A stretch of 58,272 bases of DNA, filler included, from Dirinaria sp. TL-2023a (lineage: Eukaryota), in assembly GCA_051941275.1 (NCBI GenBank). It is 5 parts of 5 records of this genome, joined end to end, with 100 filler letters (N's around TTAATTAATTAA, not from the genome) between each part and the next. Parts side by side here need not be neighbours in the genome. Positions count along the whole stretch, not along the records: positions 11,722 to 23,302 come from JAVEBF010000833.1; positions 23,403 to 34,966 come from JAVEBF010000834.1; 3 more parts are not named here. One strand, given 5' to 3'. The notes beneath the pieces were generated by a model, which was not told the DNA's origin, made no database searches, and saw only the letters and a program-made list of their open reading frames with translations. Position numbers and translations under genes: made by a program. Each line of letters starts with the position of its first letter. Positions within the stretch are counted from its first letter, which is position 1. This document shows, piece after piece, positions 12,292-25,661 of this stretch.

Positions 12292-15200
12292 TTATGCATC
12301 TTTCATCTCAACATCATCGAAAGAAAAATGACCCACATTGTCAGATCCACCGGTTCCTGCACCATCCCCTTCCTCAACGTCCTCCATCTCCTCGTCTTCC
12401 TCATCGCTTGAACTCCCAAAACCGCTCAGCAGAGAGCCACCGCTACTGATGCCGAATGCGCTTGACGTTGCTGAGCCATTGGTGGCCAGGTCCATCGAGT
12501 CAAGCCCAGCGTTGCCGTTCAGGCCTGCTTGGGCGAGCGCATTGGACGCGCCCGTATTGAAGCCGTTGGCAGCGTTGACCGCGTTGAGGACTGCTTGCCG
12601 TGGACCGACCGACATGTCAGGCCTCACCCCGCCGAGAATGGCATTGTCCCGCTCCCTTGTCTCCGAGAGGGTATTCTCAACGTAGTCACCCCATTGGCTG
12701 CTGGTGACTTTGTCAAGCACAGACTGTGATAGCAACTCCGGTGGATGTCGATCGCTGAATTTGACCACTTCCTCTGCGATGAGCGTAAGGTGGCCCATGT
12801 AGCCAAGCCTCATGTTGTTTTTCTCCTGTGCTTCGTCACTGCATCGTTGGCCTTCGACAATCCGCTCTGTGATTCTTCCCGTTTGGAAGAGGTCAATGGC
12901 GAGATTGCCGTTGAAGCCTCGGTCCATATGCCCGTTAAAAACCTGTTGCACAACATCATATACTACATTATGAAGGAAATTATTCCAGGGAAAGCGAAAG
13001 AAGAAGTCCTTGAACAGTCAGTTCTTCTGCGTGCAGTATCGTCTCAATCCGCCTAACTCACAAGGATCGTTGGCACCACTTTGTGCTCTACAAACATCAT
13101 CTTCAAATAGTCGCCAACGATGGGTTGGCCGTCCACGTCCTCCTCGATATGGGGTATGTAGCCTTGTTCGCTGGCGCTGATAAGTGCTGATCTGTTGCTG
13201 TCACCTTCTTCACCTAGCGTAGTATCGATGGTTTCTTGGCTGTTGTCAGCTGCAGGCTCCGTACTGGGCCTTGAAGACTGTTCTTGATCCTTCTGTGCGG
13301 TTTTCCCTGGACGGCTGGCGAATAGCGGTGCTGGCTTATCGTCTGCATGTGGCGATAATGGTTGTGACTCTTCGGGCGCTGTGATGCTTGTTTCAGGGAT
13401 CGGGTTCCTCCGAGGTAACGGTGGCGCTATAGGACTTGCATTGTGTTGCCGTGGCTCTTCCGTATGAGTTTCCGTGCTCTGAGGCTTCACAGGCTCAGAA
13501 CCCTCATGCTCTACTCTTTTTGATTCTGTATCAATATTCAAGTCCTTAACCTGTGAAGCTAGACTAGATGTTGGCGATTGCGGGCCAGACTCAGGTTTTG
13601 TCGGCTGCTCTGTTTCTTCCTCGAGAGCGCCAGGAGCCCCCAAGTCCTCTAGGAGCTCTTCCTCTTTTTCATCAAGGGCTTCTAGTCGCGGTGAAGTTAA
13701 TGGCTCGTCGACGAAATCTTCATCCAGATCCAGCCGCGGCTTAGCTTGTTTAGGCACACTCGATATCGGCGCGGGCTTGGAGTCTAACTCGAAGCGCGAC
13801 CGCCCTTCGAAGTCGTCTTTGATGTCTTCTGCAAGCTCCGCAGAGGTGCCGACGTCTTCGAAGCCATCATCTTCCGCATTATTGGCTATTTCCAGGTTTC
13901 GGATCTCTTCTGGCGACCCCGACCCCAATCCCGTAGTGGAATTACCGTTGGTAAAGTCCTCGGCGCCTTCTGAGAAATCTGTCACGGCCGAGGGTGGAGG
14001 TCGTGAGGCGGCAAGAGCGCCCTCTGCCTTGAGCCGTTCTCTCTCGGCGTCCCGCTCCTTGATGTACGCTTCACTACCTCGTTCGTTCAGCAAACCCATG
14101 TTGCTGCAGTGAAGAAGCTCGGCCATCAATTCACAAGTCTTGAAACGATCAAACCCCAAAGGCTCAATTCTTGATCCGAAGGCTACTGAAAGTTCCTTCC
14201 GCTTGATGGTCATGGTGCGGTCTCCGTTCGGGACTGTGTGGGTAGGGCTAAGAATCAACTCCATGAACTTAGGTATATTTCGGGCAAAGTGACGGAGTAG
14301 GGTTCCGAGGTAGATAGGGTCACTGCTCGTCGGTGGAGTGTCCGGTCCAGCACTGACATCCGGATCATAGTCCGAATTGTTCTTTCGAATGACTTCAATG
14401 ATTGTGCCGACACCAACAGTCAATGGATTGCCGCCCCGTAGCATTTCATTGATCAAGGTCTGAACACATGATTCCGAGACAAGCTGCCTGGTGAGATTGT
14501 TAGGACCGATGCATGACTGCTCGTTTTGAGATGCGTTGGCTGAAATAGTGATGATTGCTTTTATGAAATCGCCGGCGGAAGTCTGGGTTGCTGGAGGGTA
14601 TTGCTCGGAGAGATAGCCCAGCAAAAGGGGTATAAGGTCCTGACTTTGTAGCCACTACAGCACTTTATTAGCATACTACTCGACAGAGCTTTGGCAGGCC
14701 TTCAGATCGAGCGCCGTACATCTACAATGCCAACACCTCCCTCACTCTTCTCCATGCTTATTATTTTTAGCAATAAATCCATTACCATGGGGCAGTCCAC
14801 ATGTTTGAGCAGCGCCGGTATTATGCCATCTATTGACCTGATGAATGTCAAAGTGTCCTCGGTCTTCTTGTCCAGCAAAGTATCGTTGACCTTGGTGAAA
14901 TAGCCTGCTTCCGTGGCGTCCAATGGTGGCTCGCGCCTCAAAAACGTCCAAAACTCGTGCAGATGTTGTTGGTTCTCCATCAAAGCCTCGAGAATTGACC
15001 ATGTTTCCGATGACAGGATCTCGCACGCTACGTATGCGTACTTCAGCCGCGCCTTATCAGCCTTGTCCCAGGCCTCACGCTCTTCTTGCCTTTTCGATTT
15101 CTCCTTGTCCCTCTTTCTCCCGAACGGGCTCAACGAGGTGCCCCGGCTGGTTTCCTCTTCTTCGCTTTCCTCCCCGTCATCTTGCGGCTTGGGAGCCTGT

Positions 15201-15394
15201 GGGGTGATGACGTATTCCAACAGCCGCCGAAGGACATTTTCGTCTCGAAGGTATTCTATCAGTTTCGTATTATGCTGTTTGAGCTCCTGGATGAGGTCCG
15301 ACTCGTCCAGGAGCTCTTCGAGAGTGACGTCGGATTTGTCAAGGATCGTGTCAATCGAGGATATGCTGGCATATCCGCCAAAACGCCAAAACAT
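12292..15394 (-). CDS. SAP190: SIT4 phosphatase-associated protein (SAPS domain, SAP185/SAP190 family)
   Basis: Starts MFWRFGGYAS. Contains EPLGFDRFKTCELMAELLHCSNM, FFRFPWNNFLHNVVYD and RLGYMGHLTLIAEEV. Introns 14655-14719 and 13009-13061. Confidence 0.93.
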
Positions 15395-16651
15395 GGTGTA
15401 AATATCTTACAGGGTATCTCAAGAATTGTAAAGCTGAAATGCACTGAGCCGGGTATCCGCAAAATCAGGAGGTCGTTTCAACGGGTCATGCGAGTAGCTG
15501 AAGGGGAGGGGGCAACGACGCTATGCTGTGTAAAGAGGACGCCGACAAGCTCTCTTTAGCATCGTGCACGTATCTGGTACATTGATCTGCGAAGTGGAAG
15601 TGGCGTGGCTGGCTGTGAGGTTTTCGAGATGAGAGCCGGCAACTTGAAGTGTCCCAGTTGTGTTGGCCACCGAGCTTGGTGGAGGGAGACCAATAGGAGT
15701 TCGCCTGTGCTTTTTCCGGGTCCAACGTGCAAGTACTCGGACACAACAGTCAACGTGGAGATTGGCGGTGGGAAGCGGATGATGCACAGTGCTGACGGCA
15801 GATTGCTATCTGCAGAAGGCTTGGAGCTCAATTGGACGCAGTTTGATGATCGGGGGCTGCTGGTTGCTGCCGGCGTTTAGGCGCGTTTAATCCCAGACGG
15901 CCGCCCGCAAAAACTGAGTGACAGGAGGTGCCCTTGGAAGGCTGGGATTTCCAGGTTCGATGATGTACGAGGACTCGTACTGTATGTACCGTTAAAGTAA
16001 ATGATCTATGTAGATACAGCCTCGGTCGTCGAAATAATGCCTTTCACATTTATTATTTGAATGTCTACGCCGAAGGATCTCTACTTGCGAGGTGACATGC
16101 AACAACTCATCCGGACTCTGAGGACCGGTAGGGGTAAAATGATACACTACTACTACCTTATTGCGCTGTCGTCGCTGGCATGTTTGAAGCTACTTGACTA
16201 TGCCCCTTTCTGTTTCTGCGACCAAACCCCCGAAGCCCCCCCTGCTTTCCGCTCCGGTTAATCTCCCGTCTCCATGCCACGAGGCCGAGCTAACGGATCG
16301 GCGAATGACATTGTCCCCGTGCATAATCCTGAGATTGTTGCCAAGGCCTTATGAAGGCTCAAGCACGCTATTACATCGGAGAATATCATAAGGTACAGTG
16401 GTTTCTATGGAGTTGAGGGCAGTGGTGGCATGAAGCGTAGGCCGCCCAAGAGCAAGGCCCAATGTTCCCTTAGCCGCTTAAGGCCGCTTCCAGGCGAGCC
16501 TCGGGTACCGAAGTGGAAGCCAAGCGGAGGGGCCTTGGCATGAGAGTCCGACATACGACACACCTGGGCGAAAGAATAGGAGTTGTATCTCGATCCGGAT
16601 CAGAGCCTTCACAGTGATACCAGAGGCGTCAAACCAGCGCAGCGTGCAACC

Positions 16652-17299
16652 ATGAACCGCCTGTTCGGCGCCAAATCCACCGCCCCGAAACCCACCCTCA
16701 GCAGTGCCATCTCCAACACCGACACCCACATCGACTCCCTGGACGTCAAGCTCGCGAAGCTCAATGCCGAACTGTCCACGTACCAGACACGAATGGCGAA
16801 GATGCGCGACGGGCCGGGCAAGACAGCGCTGAAGCAAAAAGCGCTGAAGATCCTGCAGCGCCGCAAGATGTACGAGTCGCAGCGCGACCAGCTGCAGCAG
16901 CAGAGCTGGAACATGGAGCAGGCGAGCATGATGACCGACAATCTCAAGAACACGATGACCACGGTCGACGCCATGAAGAGCACCAACAAGGCCCTGAAGC
17001 AGCAGTACGGGAAGATAGACATTGACAAGATCGAGAGGATGCAGGACGAGATGCAGGATTTGATCGAGGCCGGAAACGATATCCAAGAGGCCATGGGCCG
17101 GAGCTACGATGTGCCGGAAGATGTCGATGAGGCCGAGCTGGATGCCGAGCTGGAGGCGTTGGGGGAAGAGGCCCAATTGGAGACTGGGCAGGGCTTGGGC
17201 CAAGGGGTCGGAGAGTCGCTGGGGTACCTGCATGACGAGGTTCCACAATTCGTCGATGAACCTCCAGAGCAGGGGAAGGTCAAGGAAGCAGCTGGCTGA
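16652..17299 (+). CDS. VPS60: ESCRT-III-associated Snf7-family protein Vps60/CHMP5
   Basis: MNRLFGAK start, KQKALKILQRRKMYE, QSWNMEQA and SYDVPEDVDEAELDAEL; no introns. Confidence 0.95.
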   Translation: MNRLFGAKSTAPKPTLSSAISNTDTHIDSLDVKLAKLNAELSTYQTRMAKMRDGPGKTALKQKALKILQRRKMYESQRDQLQQQSWNMEQASMMTDNLKNTMTTVDAMKSTNKALKQQYGKIDIDKIERMQDEMQDLIEAGNDIQEAMGRSYDVPEDVDEAELDAELEALGEEAQLETGQGLGQGVGESLGYLHDEVPQFVDEPPEQGKVKEAAG

Positions 17300-17683
17300 C
17301 TCTGGGGCATTGGGTGGATAATTCTGATACCTCTGATTTGCAGCATTGGTGGTAAGGCGTTTCAAGCGTTAATACGGCGAAGCATGCGTAGCCTAGTCTA
17401 TACCATGCATATTGACACCATCATGGGCGGGAAGGGATACAAATACTTTGATTGTTCAGGCAGCTCGAAATTGTCTCGGAACAGCCCAAAGGCCTTTCGT
17501 GAATTGATAGCGATTTTGCTCCACATACATGACATGTGGAGGCTGAAAACTGCTGCCAGAGGTGAAGGCAGGGATTCGGAGAGGAACAATCACATTGCAA
17601 AACTCCTACTTTGGCCCAAACGCCTCGCTAAAGTAATCTCCAAACCCAATTGTACCATGCAGGGTAGCTTGTACCTTAGATCT

Positions 17684-19474
17684 TTACGTTTTTCCTAGCC
17701 CAACCAGAACCAATAACGCCACGTTCATGACAGCGATAACCAGCCATACAAGCACCGCAAACACCGAGACCAGCCAGTGATTCCTCATCTTTACCATGTC
17801 AACCACCCGGTCAGGTTCTCCATCAATTCTGGCTTCAGGACCACCAACAATCATGTACTTGTTGCGGCAAGTGAAGTAGATCAGCGGAGCGGAGACGAAA
17901 GGTAGTACAACACTGAGAGCGACTTGCGTCCCATTCAAAGCTGCAGAAAGGCCCTTTTTGCCCACGGCCGCAGCGATGATAATGCTAGGAGTGATGCTGA
18001 TTGACCGAGTGAGCAATCTCCGCATCCAGGGTGCAATGGTCCAATTCAGAGCACCCTCGCTGAGCATCTGACCGGCGATCGTGCAGACGATGCCTGCCGA
18101 GGTACCTGATAGAAAAAGAGCTAACGCAAAAATAGTGCCAGCAACGGGGGCGATCGTCTTCGAAAGGAGGTCGTGGATGCTGAAGAGATCCGCGCTTTGA
18201 GCGGAATTGACCGAGGATAGGGACGCACCGGCTACAATGAGTATGGCACTGTTGACAAAAAGAGCAAAAGTGAAGAGCGATATGCTAACCTCTGCGATCG
18301 AGTACGTTAAGCATGACCGTATCGCTGCCGAAGACGGACGGTACAGAACCTTCTCAGAGGTGGTGTTGGTGTCTTCATTCGGCACCCAAGTACCAGCCTT
18401 TGTATCAAATTCTCGTAGTCGGGACTGTACCATCCCACTACCGAGGTAGAGACTGTGAGGCATGACTGTAGCACCTAGTATACCGCAGCTGAGGTAGAGG
18501 CCTTGACCACGTACTACCTCCGAAGAGGGCAGGTAGCCTCGAAAGACTTCGCCTGCCGATGTGCCGCTAATGAGCGAAAGCTGGATACAGAAGCAAATCA
18601 CCACGCCAAGGACTAAAGCCATGACGAAGAACTCAAAGGCACGAAGACGACGCATGGAGCCATCACGGCTATAGAATATAAGAATTACAAGGACGTCGAT
18701 CAATGTTATAGCGCATCCTGCCACCAAAGGCACATGTATCAGGAGGTTCAGAGCGATCGCTGAACCAATAACCTTCGCAAACGGTCAGCATCTATACAGT
18801 CTGATTCCACAGCAGCGACAAACCTCGGCTATATCCGTCGCAATAATGGCCGCTTCCCCGAGGATGTACAAGAAGAAGTTGAGCCACCTCGGGAGGTGAG
18901 CTCTGCAGTGTTCCGCCAAGTTGAGACCCGTAACGGTCCCCAAGCGGACAGCAAGGGATTGCAAAAGGATGGCAAAAACGTTTGACATCAGTACGATGAA
19001 TAGTAGTCGAAACCTCGTGGCTGCTCCAGCTGCTACGTCTGTAGAATAATTGCCTGGGTCTATATACGCCACTGAAACCATGAAACCAGGGCCAATGAAT
19101 CTGCCAAATTTGACGAGTATCCTTACCATCACCTTAAAAGAGACTGGGCCTTGAGGATCTGTCGGTCCGGGGGAATCGATCGATCGTCTCCTTGGACTTG
19201 CGATCCTTTCACTGTGGGTCGGTGACGAGTTGACACAGCAAGGGCTACTTGATGGAAGCAAAGACGGCGGTCGATGGCTAGCATGGCCTTCGTCTACCAC
19301 GTCTGCTTTGTCGCAATCTGTGGCGCATTGCCCATTCTGCGGGTTTTGCTGCTCGCGCAAGTTTACAAGGCCATTGAAATCTTGTCTCGTCGTCAGGTCG
19401 GCGGAAAAGTCTGGCGGGCTTTGGTTCCATCCGTCGCTTTTTGGAGGCTCATCCGTCCGGGACGGACAATTCAT
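17684..19474 (-). CDS. NRAMP-family divalent metal (Mn/Fe) transporter, SMF1/SMF2-like
   Basis: MNCPSRTD N-terminus, AYIDPGN and GATVMPHSL signature motifs, many TM helices. Intron 18773-18823. Confidence 0.95.
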
Positions 19475-20174
19475 CTTTGCTTCGAGTGATCAGATCAGAA
19501 AGTGAAGCTACGATCTGGACGGAAAACTAAGGTAAAGTAATTGAGGAGGTTGTACGCGTAAGGTAAGAAGCCAGAGGACACTTTACTTGCTTACCTAGGC
19601 CGAATTTCATGGTGTCATGTTTAGCATCGCGACTTTTTCCGACCCGACTTTCCCCCCGAGCCTGCCAAGTGCGGGCAGCAGGAACAGGAACGTCGCGATG
19701 TGGAAAGAGCAGTCCGATGAGGCAATAATATAATAGCAAAAGAAGGAGAGAAATGCATGGTTCGCGCGAAGAAATCAATATGCGACGCGAAAATCAACGC
19801 AGGGACAAAGAAGGAGAATTCGAAAGAAAGACAAACATCAAGCGCGCAGAAACTGGCGCTTGATCGCGAGACACGTAGGATGGATGGACTGCGGTTTTCT
19901 AACCATAAAATCAATTTGTGGTGAATGCTTGTCATTCAATCAGTAGGGTGTAGAAGAAGTACATGATCCAGGATCGATGACTTCCGTGAAGTGTAGTCTT
20001 TCTATGAATGTGCTACTACTTACTCTACCTACCTACCTATCACGCCTTCTCTCCGGTTGCCCCACGCTGACACGCTCGCCATCAAAACTCTTCCCATATC
20101 TTGGCACCTCCTCGAACCCCAACCCTCGAACCCTCAATTGCAGCGATTAAAGGTACAGTAGGTAAGACATCTGC

Positions 20175-20975
20175 ATGTCCTCGCCCACCCCTTCAGTCGA
20201 AGCCCCCCCAGCGCCTCGCACGCACCGCTCGCGTCGCCACGGTACACGCAGTCGGGCTTATTCTTTACCTCGAGGCGACAAGTCTCCGCGACGACGGTCA
20301 GAAGTGCGACTCCTCCTGTGCCTCTTCCACAGCACCTCCCACAAATGGTCTACCGAGCCCGTACACTTCAACCCACACCGCATCAATGATCGCGAATTAT
20401 GGACAGACATCAGAGACATCTTCCGCCAGGACGTGCAGAGGCCGTGGAGGAGGCTGCTGGGGTTGAAGAAGGTTAAAAACATAGTGCCAATCAGTGTATG
20501 TTTGTTTACCCATGAATCGACAGGCTGGACTGACAATAGTCCCAACTGCAGATGACCCCGAATGGTGTGCCAGTCCGCGTTGATCCCAAAGACTACCCCG
20601 ATTCGAAGCAATTCCTCCATGCTTACCATCATCCGGAACACGTCCGACCGGAGCATAATTGGGTGGACTGGTTTGTAGCATTCGATGAGGGCGATCAACG
20701 CACCAACGGACTGGAGTTCGTAGAGGGTATCTGGGCGGAGAAGCTCGCATTCATAGCCATCCTGGCCACCGTTGCCATCGTCGTTGTGTCGATCGTGTGG
20801 TGTGTCCTTGGCGGCAATTTGCAAACCGTCTTCACGGTCATGAGCTTTGTCTTGGGCCTGGTGACTGGTGGGTCCCGCTCTGCTAGGACCTTAAAATGCA
20901 GCGTTACGCTAACATTGACATACAGCGGAAATTGCGTTGGCAGCCTTGTACTATCAACTCACCCTGCCAGGATGA
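20175..20975 (+). CDS. Hypothetical membrane protein with C-terminal TM helices
   Basis: Three exons joined by GT-AG introns 20496-20551 and 20868-20925, each with a branch-like site. C-terminus GLEFVEG...IVWCVLGGNLQTVFTVMSFVL. Confidence 0.7.
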
Positions 20976-22125
20976 AAGATATCAAAACCCCGTGGCTCTA
21001 AGCCTTGCAAAATCTCGACTCGAGCAAGACTTTCAGATGAAACCCTCCACACCAAATGACGCCGACATTCTCAGCTTTGACAGCGACCTCTCACGCTCCC
21101 TGCCGTTTGAAGAGAACTAGATGGAGCAGCTTCTCTATCGTTACTTCGGTCATACTTGGCAGATTGAAGTGCGCAATGGGAAGATAACGCGAAGCAGGAT
21201 AAGGATGCAATGAGACACTGAGTGTTTGAGGAAGGGCTGGGTCTGTGATGAGAGCGTCATCTTGTCGGCTTGGTCTGTCGAAAAATTTGACTTCATATTA
21301 ACACCCGGCTCCTACTTCAAGAGATGTCGTAAAGATCGGCCTGCTCAGCCTTTCCTCGACCTGCGTCATGTTTTTGATGATCACGAAATGGTTCAGTATG
21401 CTACGATCTCTGCTCCTGCAACACAAGTGTCTCGAATGCAGCGAGCCAGTCCTCGCTAATTTCGTCTGAAGAGTCAATTGATGGCGACAATCTTTACATC
21501 GCAAAAACCTACGCTGAATCAAACCGACAAGGTTCTGATTTCAGGCTTTTAAAAAGAATTTTGTTCAAGTCAACCTTCACCTAGATGGCTTAGAGAAACC
21601 CCCTTGTGGTTTCGCTGGATCATTGATCCTTCTACATACAGAAGATTCTGTAATGCGATTGACTAAAGCCTTCAAGTGTTTAGCAAGGCCTTTGCCTATC
21701 GCTACGACCCACTAACAGAATCCAGGCTCGCGGGAACCTACTAGCTTTACTCCGACTGTCATCCTTCGGGTGCGGGGGATTCTCTTTTATCTGTGGCTCA
21801 GGAATAACGTACCATGTTAATAAATTCGGTCTATGACTGCCCTCCGATTGATTTTAAGCAAACCGAGGTACCTGGTAAACGTCCATTTTTGAAGTTTTTC
21901 AAGTATCTCGCATGACTCACTCGCAACCTCGTGGTTGGTTAGAACCCAAGTTCATTTTTTGATGCAATTCATTGCTCTCCATTCTGTGATCGTGCATCGT
22001 AAGCTGGTGCTCTTGTCTAATCGTTGCATCTCTTCTTGTCCCGTCTCAATCAGTCTTCTGGACATTCTCACTGTTTCCATCTTCGATGCTTTATCCCAGT
22101 CGTCAAGACTATTGAATTTCTCACG

Positions 22126-23302
22126 ATGCTCTCCAAGCTCTACTCACTCGCCTACTTACTCGCGGTCCTATCATCCATTCAAGCAATACCAGCACCATGG
22201 CACACAGACAGCGACTCCGCCATCCACAACCATCACCCGCACTGCAGGAACCTGACGTACCACGTGCGCGCCAGCGCAGTGAACAAAGCAATCCCATCGC
22301 CCGCCGCCTCCTCCCTCAGCACCATGGCCGGCGTCAACACCTTCTACGCCGGTCTCAGCGCCCAACTAGCAACAGCCAGCAACCGCACCGTGAGCGGCGT
22401 GTACGCGCTCTCAGCAACGTACTGCTCGCCACCAGGCGGCACACAAAGGCACACCCCGCTCCAGATCCTCGTGCACGGAAGCACGTACACGAAGGAATAC
22501 TGGGACCGCGGAGCATGGGGCACAGGCCCACCCTCGTACAGCTGGCGCCAGGCCATGAACCGCGCCGGGTACGCGACACTGGCGATCGACAAACTCGGCA
22601 ACGGGGGCTCCTCGCACCCGGACCCGATCCTAGACGTGCAACTCCCCCTCCAACTGCAAACAATCTACACGCTACTCCTGCGTATCAAAGCCGGGAAGGC
22701 GAACATCGGCCCCCGGGCCCCCCCGAAAATCATCTTCGTCGCCCATTCCTCAGGCTGCCTCATCGGCGCCACCATCGCGCAGCAATACCCCACCGCCCTG
22801 GACGCCCTCGTCCTGACCGGCTTCCCCGCCGCAAAAGCAAATAACCCAGGCGGGATCCCCAGCTACAAGTACCTGCCCGCGGCGCTGTCCGCGCCGACCC
22901 GCTTTCCCCCCCATCTGAACCCGGGCTACCTCCTCATGAACAGCGAACTCAACCGCACCGCCGCCTTCTACTGGCACGGCCACTACGCGCCCTCGATCCC
23001 CCACCTCGACTACCGTACCCAAGGCCCCCAGCCTATCGGCGAAGCTTTTAGCCTCGGTGCCTCGAGCAGTCCTGCCTTTAAGGGAAAGGTGTTGGTTGTG
23101 ACGGGCCAGAAGGATCCGGCTGTTTGTGGTTTTACGCCTGTTGATGAGTGTGTTTTTAATGGGTCTGAGGTGAGGAGGTGTGTGAAGAAGTTGTTTGAGG
23201 GGGTTGAGGAGGGGGGGTTTGAGTTTTATGCTCCGCCGACGGGGCATGATGTTAATTGGCATCTGAGTGCGTCTGAGACTTATGAGGTTGTGGTTAGGAT
23301 GT
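22126..23302 (+). CDS. Secreted alpha/beta-hydrolase, 3' end cut by contig end
   Basis: Signal peptide MLSKLYSLAYLLAVLSSIQA, LVHGSTY, DKLGNGGS, nucleophile elbow AHSSG, Asp in GQKD and His in TGHDVN. Confidence 0.85.
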
Positions 23303-23402
23303 NNNNNNNNNNNNNNNNNNNNNNNNNNNNNNNNNNNNNNNNNNNNTTAATTAATTAANNNNNNNNNNNNNNNNNNNNNNNNNNNNNNNNNNNNNNNNNN
23401 NN
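23303..23402. other. Artificial contig spacer
   Basis: N44-TTAATTAATTAA-N44. Confidence 0.98.
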
Positions 23403-25661
23403 GGCGAGGGTGGGGGGAGAAGAGGAGTACTTACTCATTCTGCGATGGCATTCGCGGCAGAAGGCGACTGCCGCGGAGCCTTGAACGGAGACGACGCCTG
23501 GGGCAGGGTGGGCAGTGGAGCATTCCAAGCAGGTGGGGATGAAGGTACTGTGCCGGATGTTTAGCATTGTTTCTGGTAGAGGATGACCTTTTTTTTCAAA
23601 AGCTTTATACCTAGGTAGCATGTCGAGAACCGTACAGCCATCCAGATCCAAATATCCAGCGCGAGCTGCATTGGCGTGCATGAACTCTCGTCGAAATTGC
23701 AGGCTGAACGCGCTCGCGCATTTTTTGCACGATGCGGAACGTGGAGAAGATTCGCTGCTGAGATTGTGGATATCCAGCATGTCTTTACATCGCTCGCACT
23801 TCACTGTGATGCTCAGTGACACCAACTCCAGAAGCTGGATCCCATACAGCTCCAGGTTAGGGAAAGAGAGTGATATGCCACGCTCTGGGCCCGGATCGGA
23901 GGAGATTTCTGGTGCGGCTCCAGCAGCGTGGTATTCACTCTCCTCTTGGTTGGACGTATCACCACTGCCATCAGTATCTGAGAACTCACTCTCTCCAGAA
24001 GCCTCTTCGTCGCTTTGGGCTGTCCATTCAGGCGGCCTTGGAATGACTTTGATGTGGCTTCGGCTATCTTCGCCTTCAAATGTTATTGATTCTTTACTTT
24101 CGGACGTTGGATCCTCCACAGACAGATGCCCAACCTGGAGCAAGGTATCCTTCGTTTTGGGTGTCTGCTCGATATGGTCCTGGTCTGGCTCCGTTGCCAA
24201 AACTTGCATATGTTGTGCTAGATAATTCATGTGTCCCATTAGAGTTGTATCTGGGTTCTCGATGGCTCTGCGTTCGAAAGCTCTTTCGGTCTTTGTCCCA
24301 GCTGCTTTACTCACCACTGGGATTTCGATTTGGCAGTGCTGCAGCGGATAGAGTAACGGGACGAGAAGCTTGACTGCTCTGACAGCCTGAAGCGGAACTG
24401 GCAAGTCCTCGGGCCGCCTGGGCTCGATCGGTACATTATAGATTGTGCCATCTGATGACTTGGAGAACAGTTGGAAGCGGCCAAGGCGTGCTTCGAGCTG
24501 GCGTGTCTCTAGTTCTCGCCTGGCTCGCGCCGCTTGTAGCTGCTCCGTTGTATAGCTAGGTGCAGAGTCCTTTGGTGCTGACAGCTTTGCTGGTCGAATA
24601 TCAATTGCAGCATGCACAGCCTTCGATCCGGTACTATCTTTGGGTCCTGCGTTGGGTACGAAGGTTATCGTTTGGGCCTTTTGCTCCGTGAGCAGCGATT
24701 CAAGCTGCTTGTCGAGGGCATTCATCAAACCCAACAATGTAGTCTGAGGTGATCGCCGGACAAGTACATCAAAGCCACGCTCAACGTTGACTTGGAATCC
24801 CCTACTCATCTCTTTGTTACGTACTCTGAGCGATGGTACACCTCCTTTGGGGTACGCTGATGGTATATGGAGGACACATTCTAGACCTTCTAATTCGAAT
24901 GGGAAATCGGGATCGGACGGCACTAGTTGAAAATTCAAAGTGGTGCCACGCTCGTCTGTCGCCTCTACTGGTGAGAATCGACGTTTTAACTGCTGTATCT
25001 GGAACGTTCTTGGATCTTCTGCCTGAGCACGAGGAGTTGGCCTTTGCACTACCCGATTACGGGTTACAGGCGGAGCGATATAGCGCCGGCCTCCTGAAGA
25101 TGCTGCATGTCCGTCATTGGCCGGGCCTCTTGCTGGGTGGCCTTCCTCGGTCATCTGGTGATTGGCACCAGATTCACTACCAACTTTGTCGAGCCTCGAT
25201 ATATCGTGTTGGAAGGGACAGGCACTTCCAGCTCTACAACCTAAAGAAATATGGCTCAGATGCTCATCCTGAAGCAGGTACAATTTGTGCATCAAAAGAA
25301 TGACTTCCTCTTGAGAGGATCATGGAAAATGGGAGAAACGCATCGTACGACATTTTATACTGAGATAGCGAACTAGGAAAGATATCTCAAACATGTCCAT
25401 GAGCAAGTAATTTGCTACTGAACTTGATTTTCCGGCAAAAATACACTCTTTTGTATTAAGACCAGGATTTGCCACTCTCTGAAGCGGTGTTGTGATCCAA
25501 TGATTCATCATACACAATAATACTCGGATCTTCAGACATGTGTTACATATAGAAGAGAAAGAAATCGTACCTTTTTTGGTAGTAAAGTACCTGCAGTGTC
25601 TGGAACTTGTCTTGGGCGCGTCCGTGATAGTTGGCCCTAAATTAGAGCTTTCTGGTACCAT
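23403..25661 (-). CDS. CCCH zinc finger / RWD-like / C-terminal Cys-rich (CHY-type) protein, 3' truncated
   Basis: Splicing 25241-25570 builds CRYFTTKKGCRAGSACPFQH (CCCH). Also PSDPDFPFEL...PSAYP (RWD-like) and CxxC pairs CERC, CKKC, CLEC, CREC. Further introns at 23548-23610 and from 23434 into the gap. Confidence 0.8.

Noticed and set aside
16478..17365. 295-aa antisense ORF over VPS60, and similar antisense/overlapping ORFs over SAP190, ARP2 and the hydrolase
   Set aside because: These are shadows of GC-rich codon usage with no recognisable motifs.
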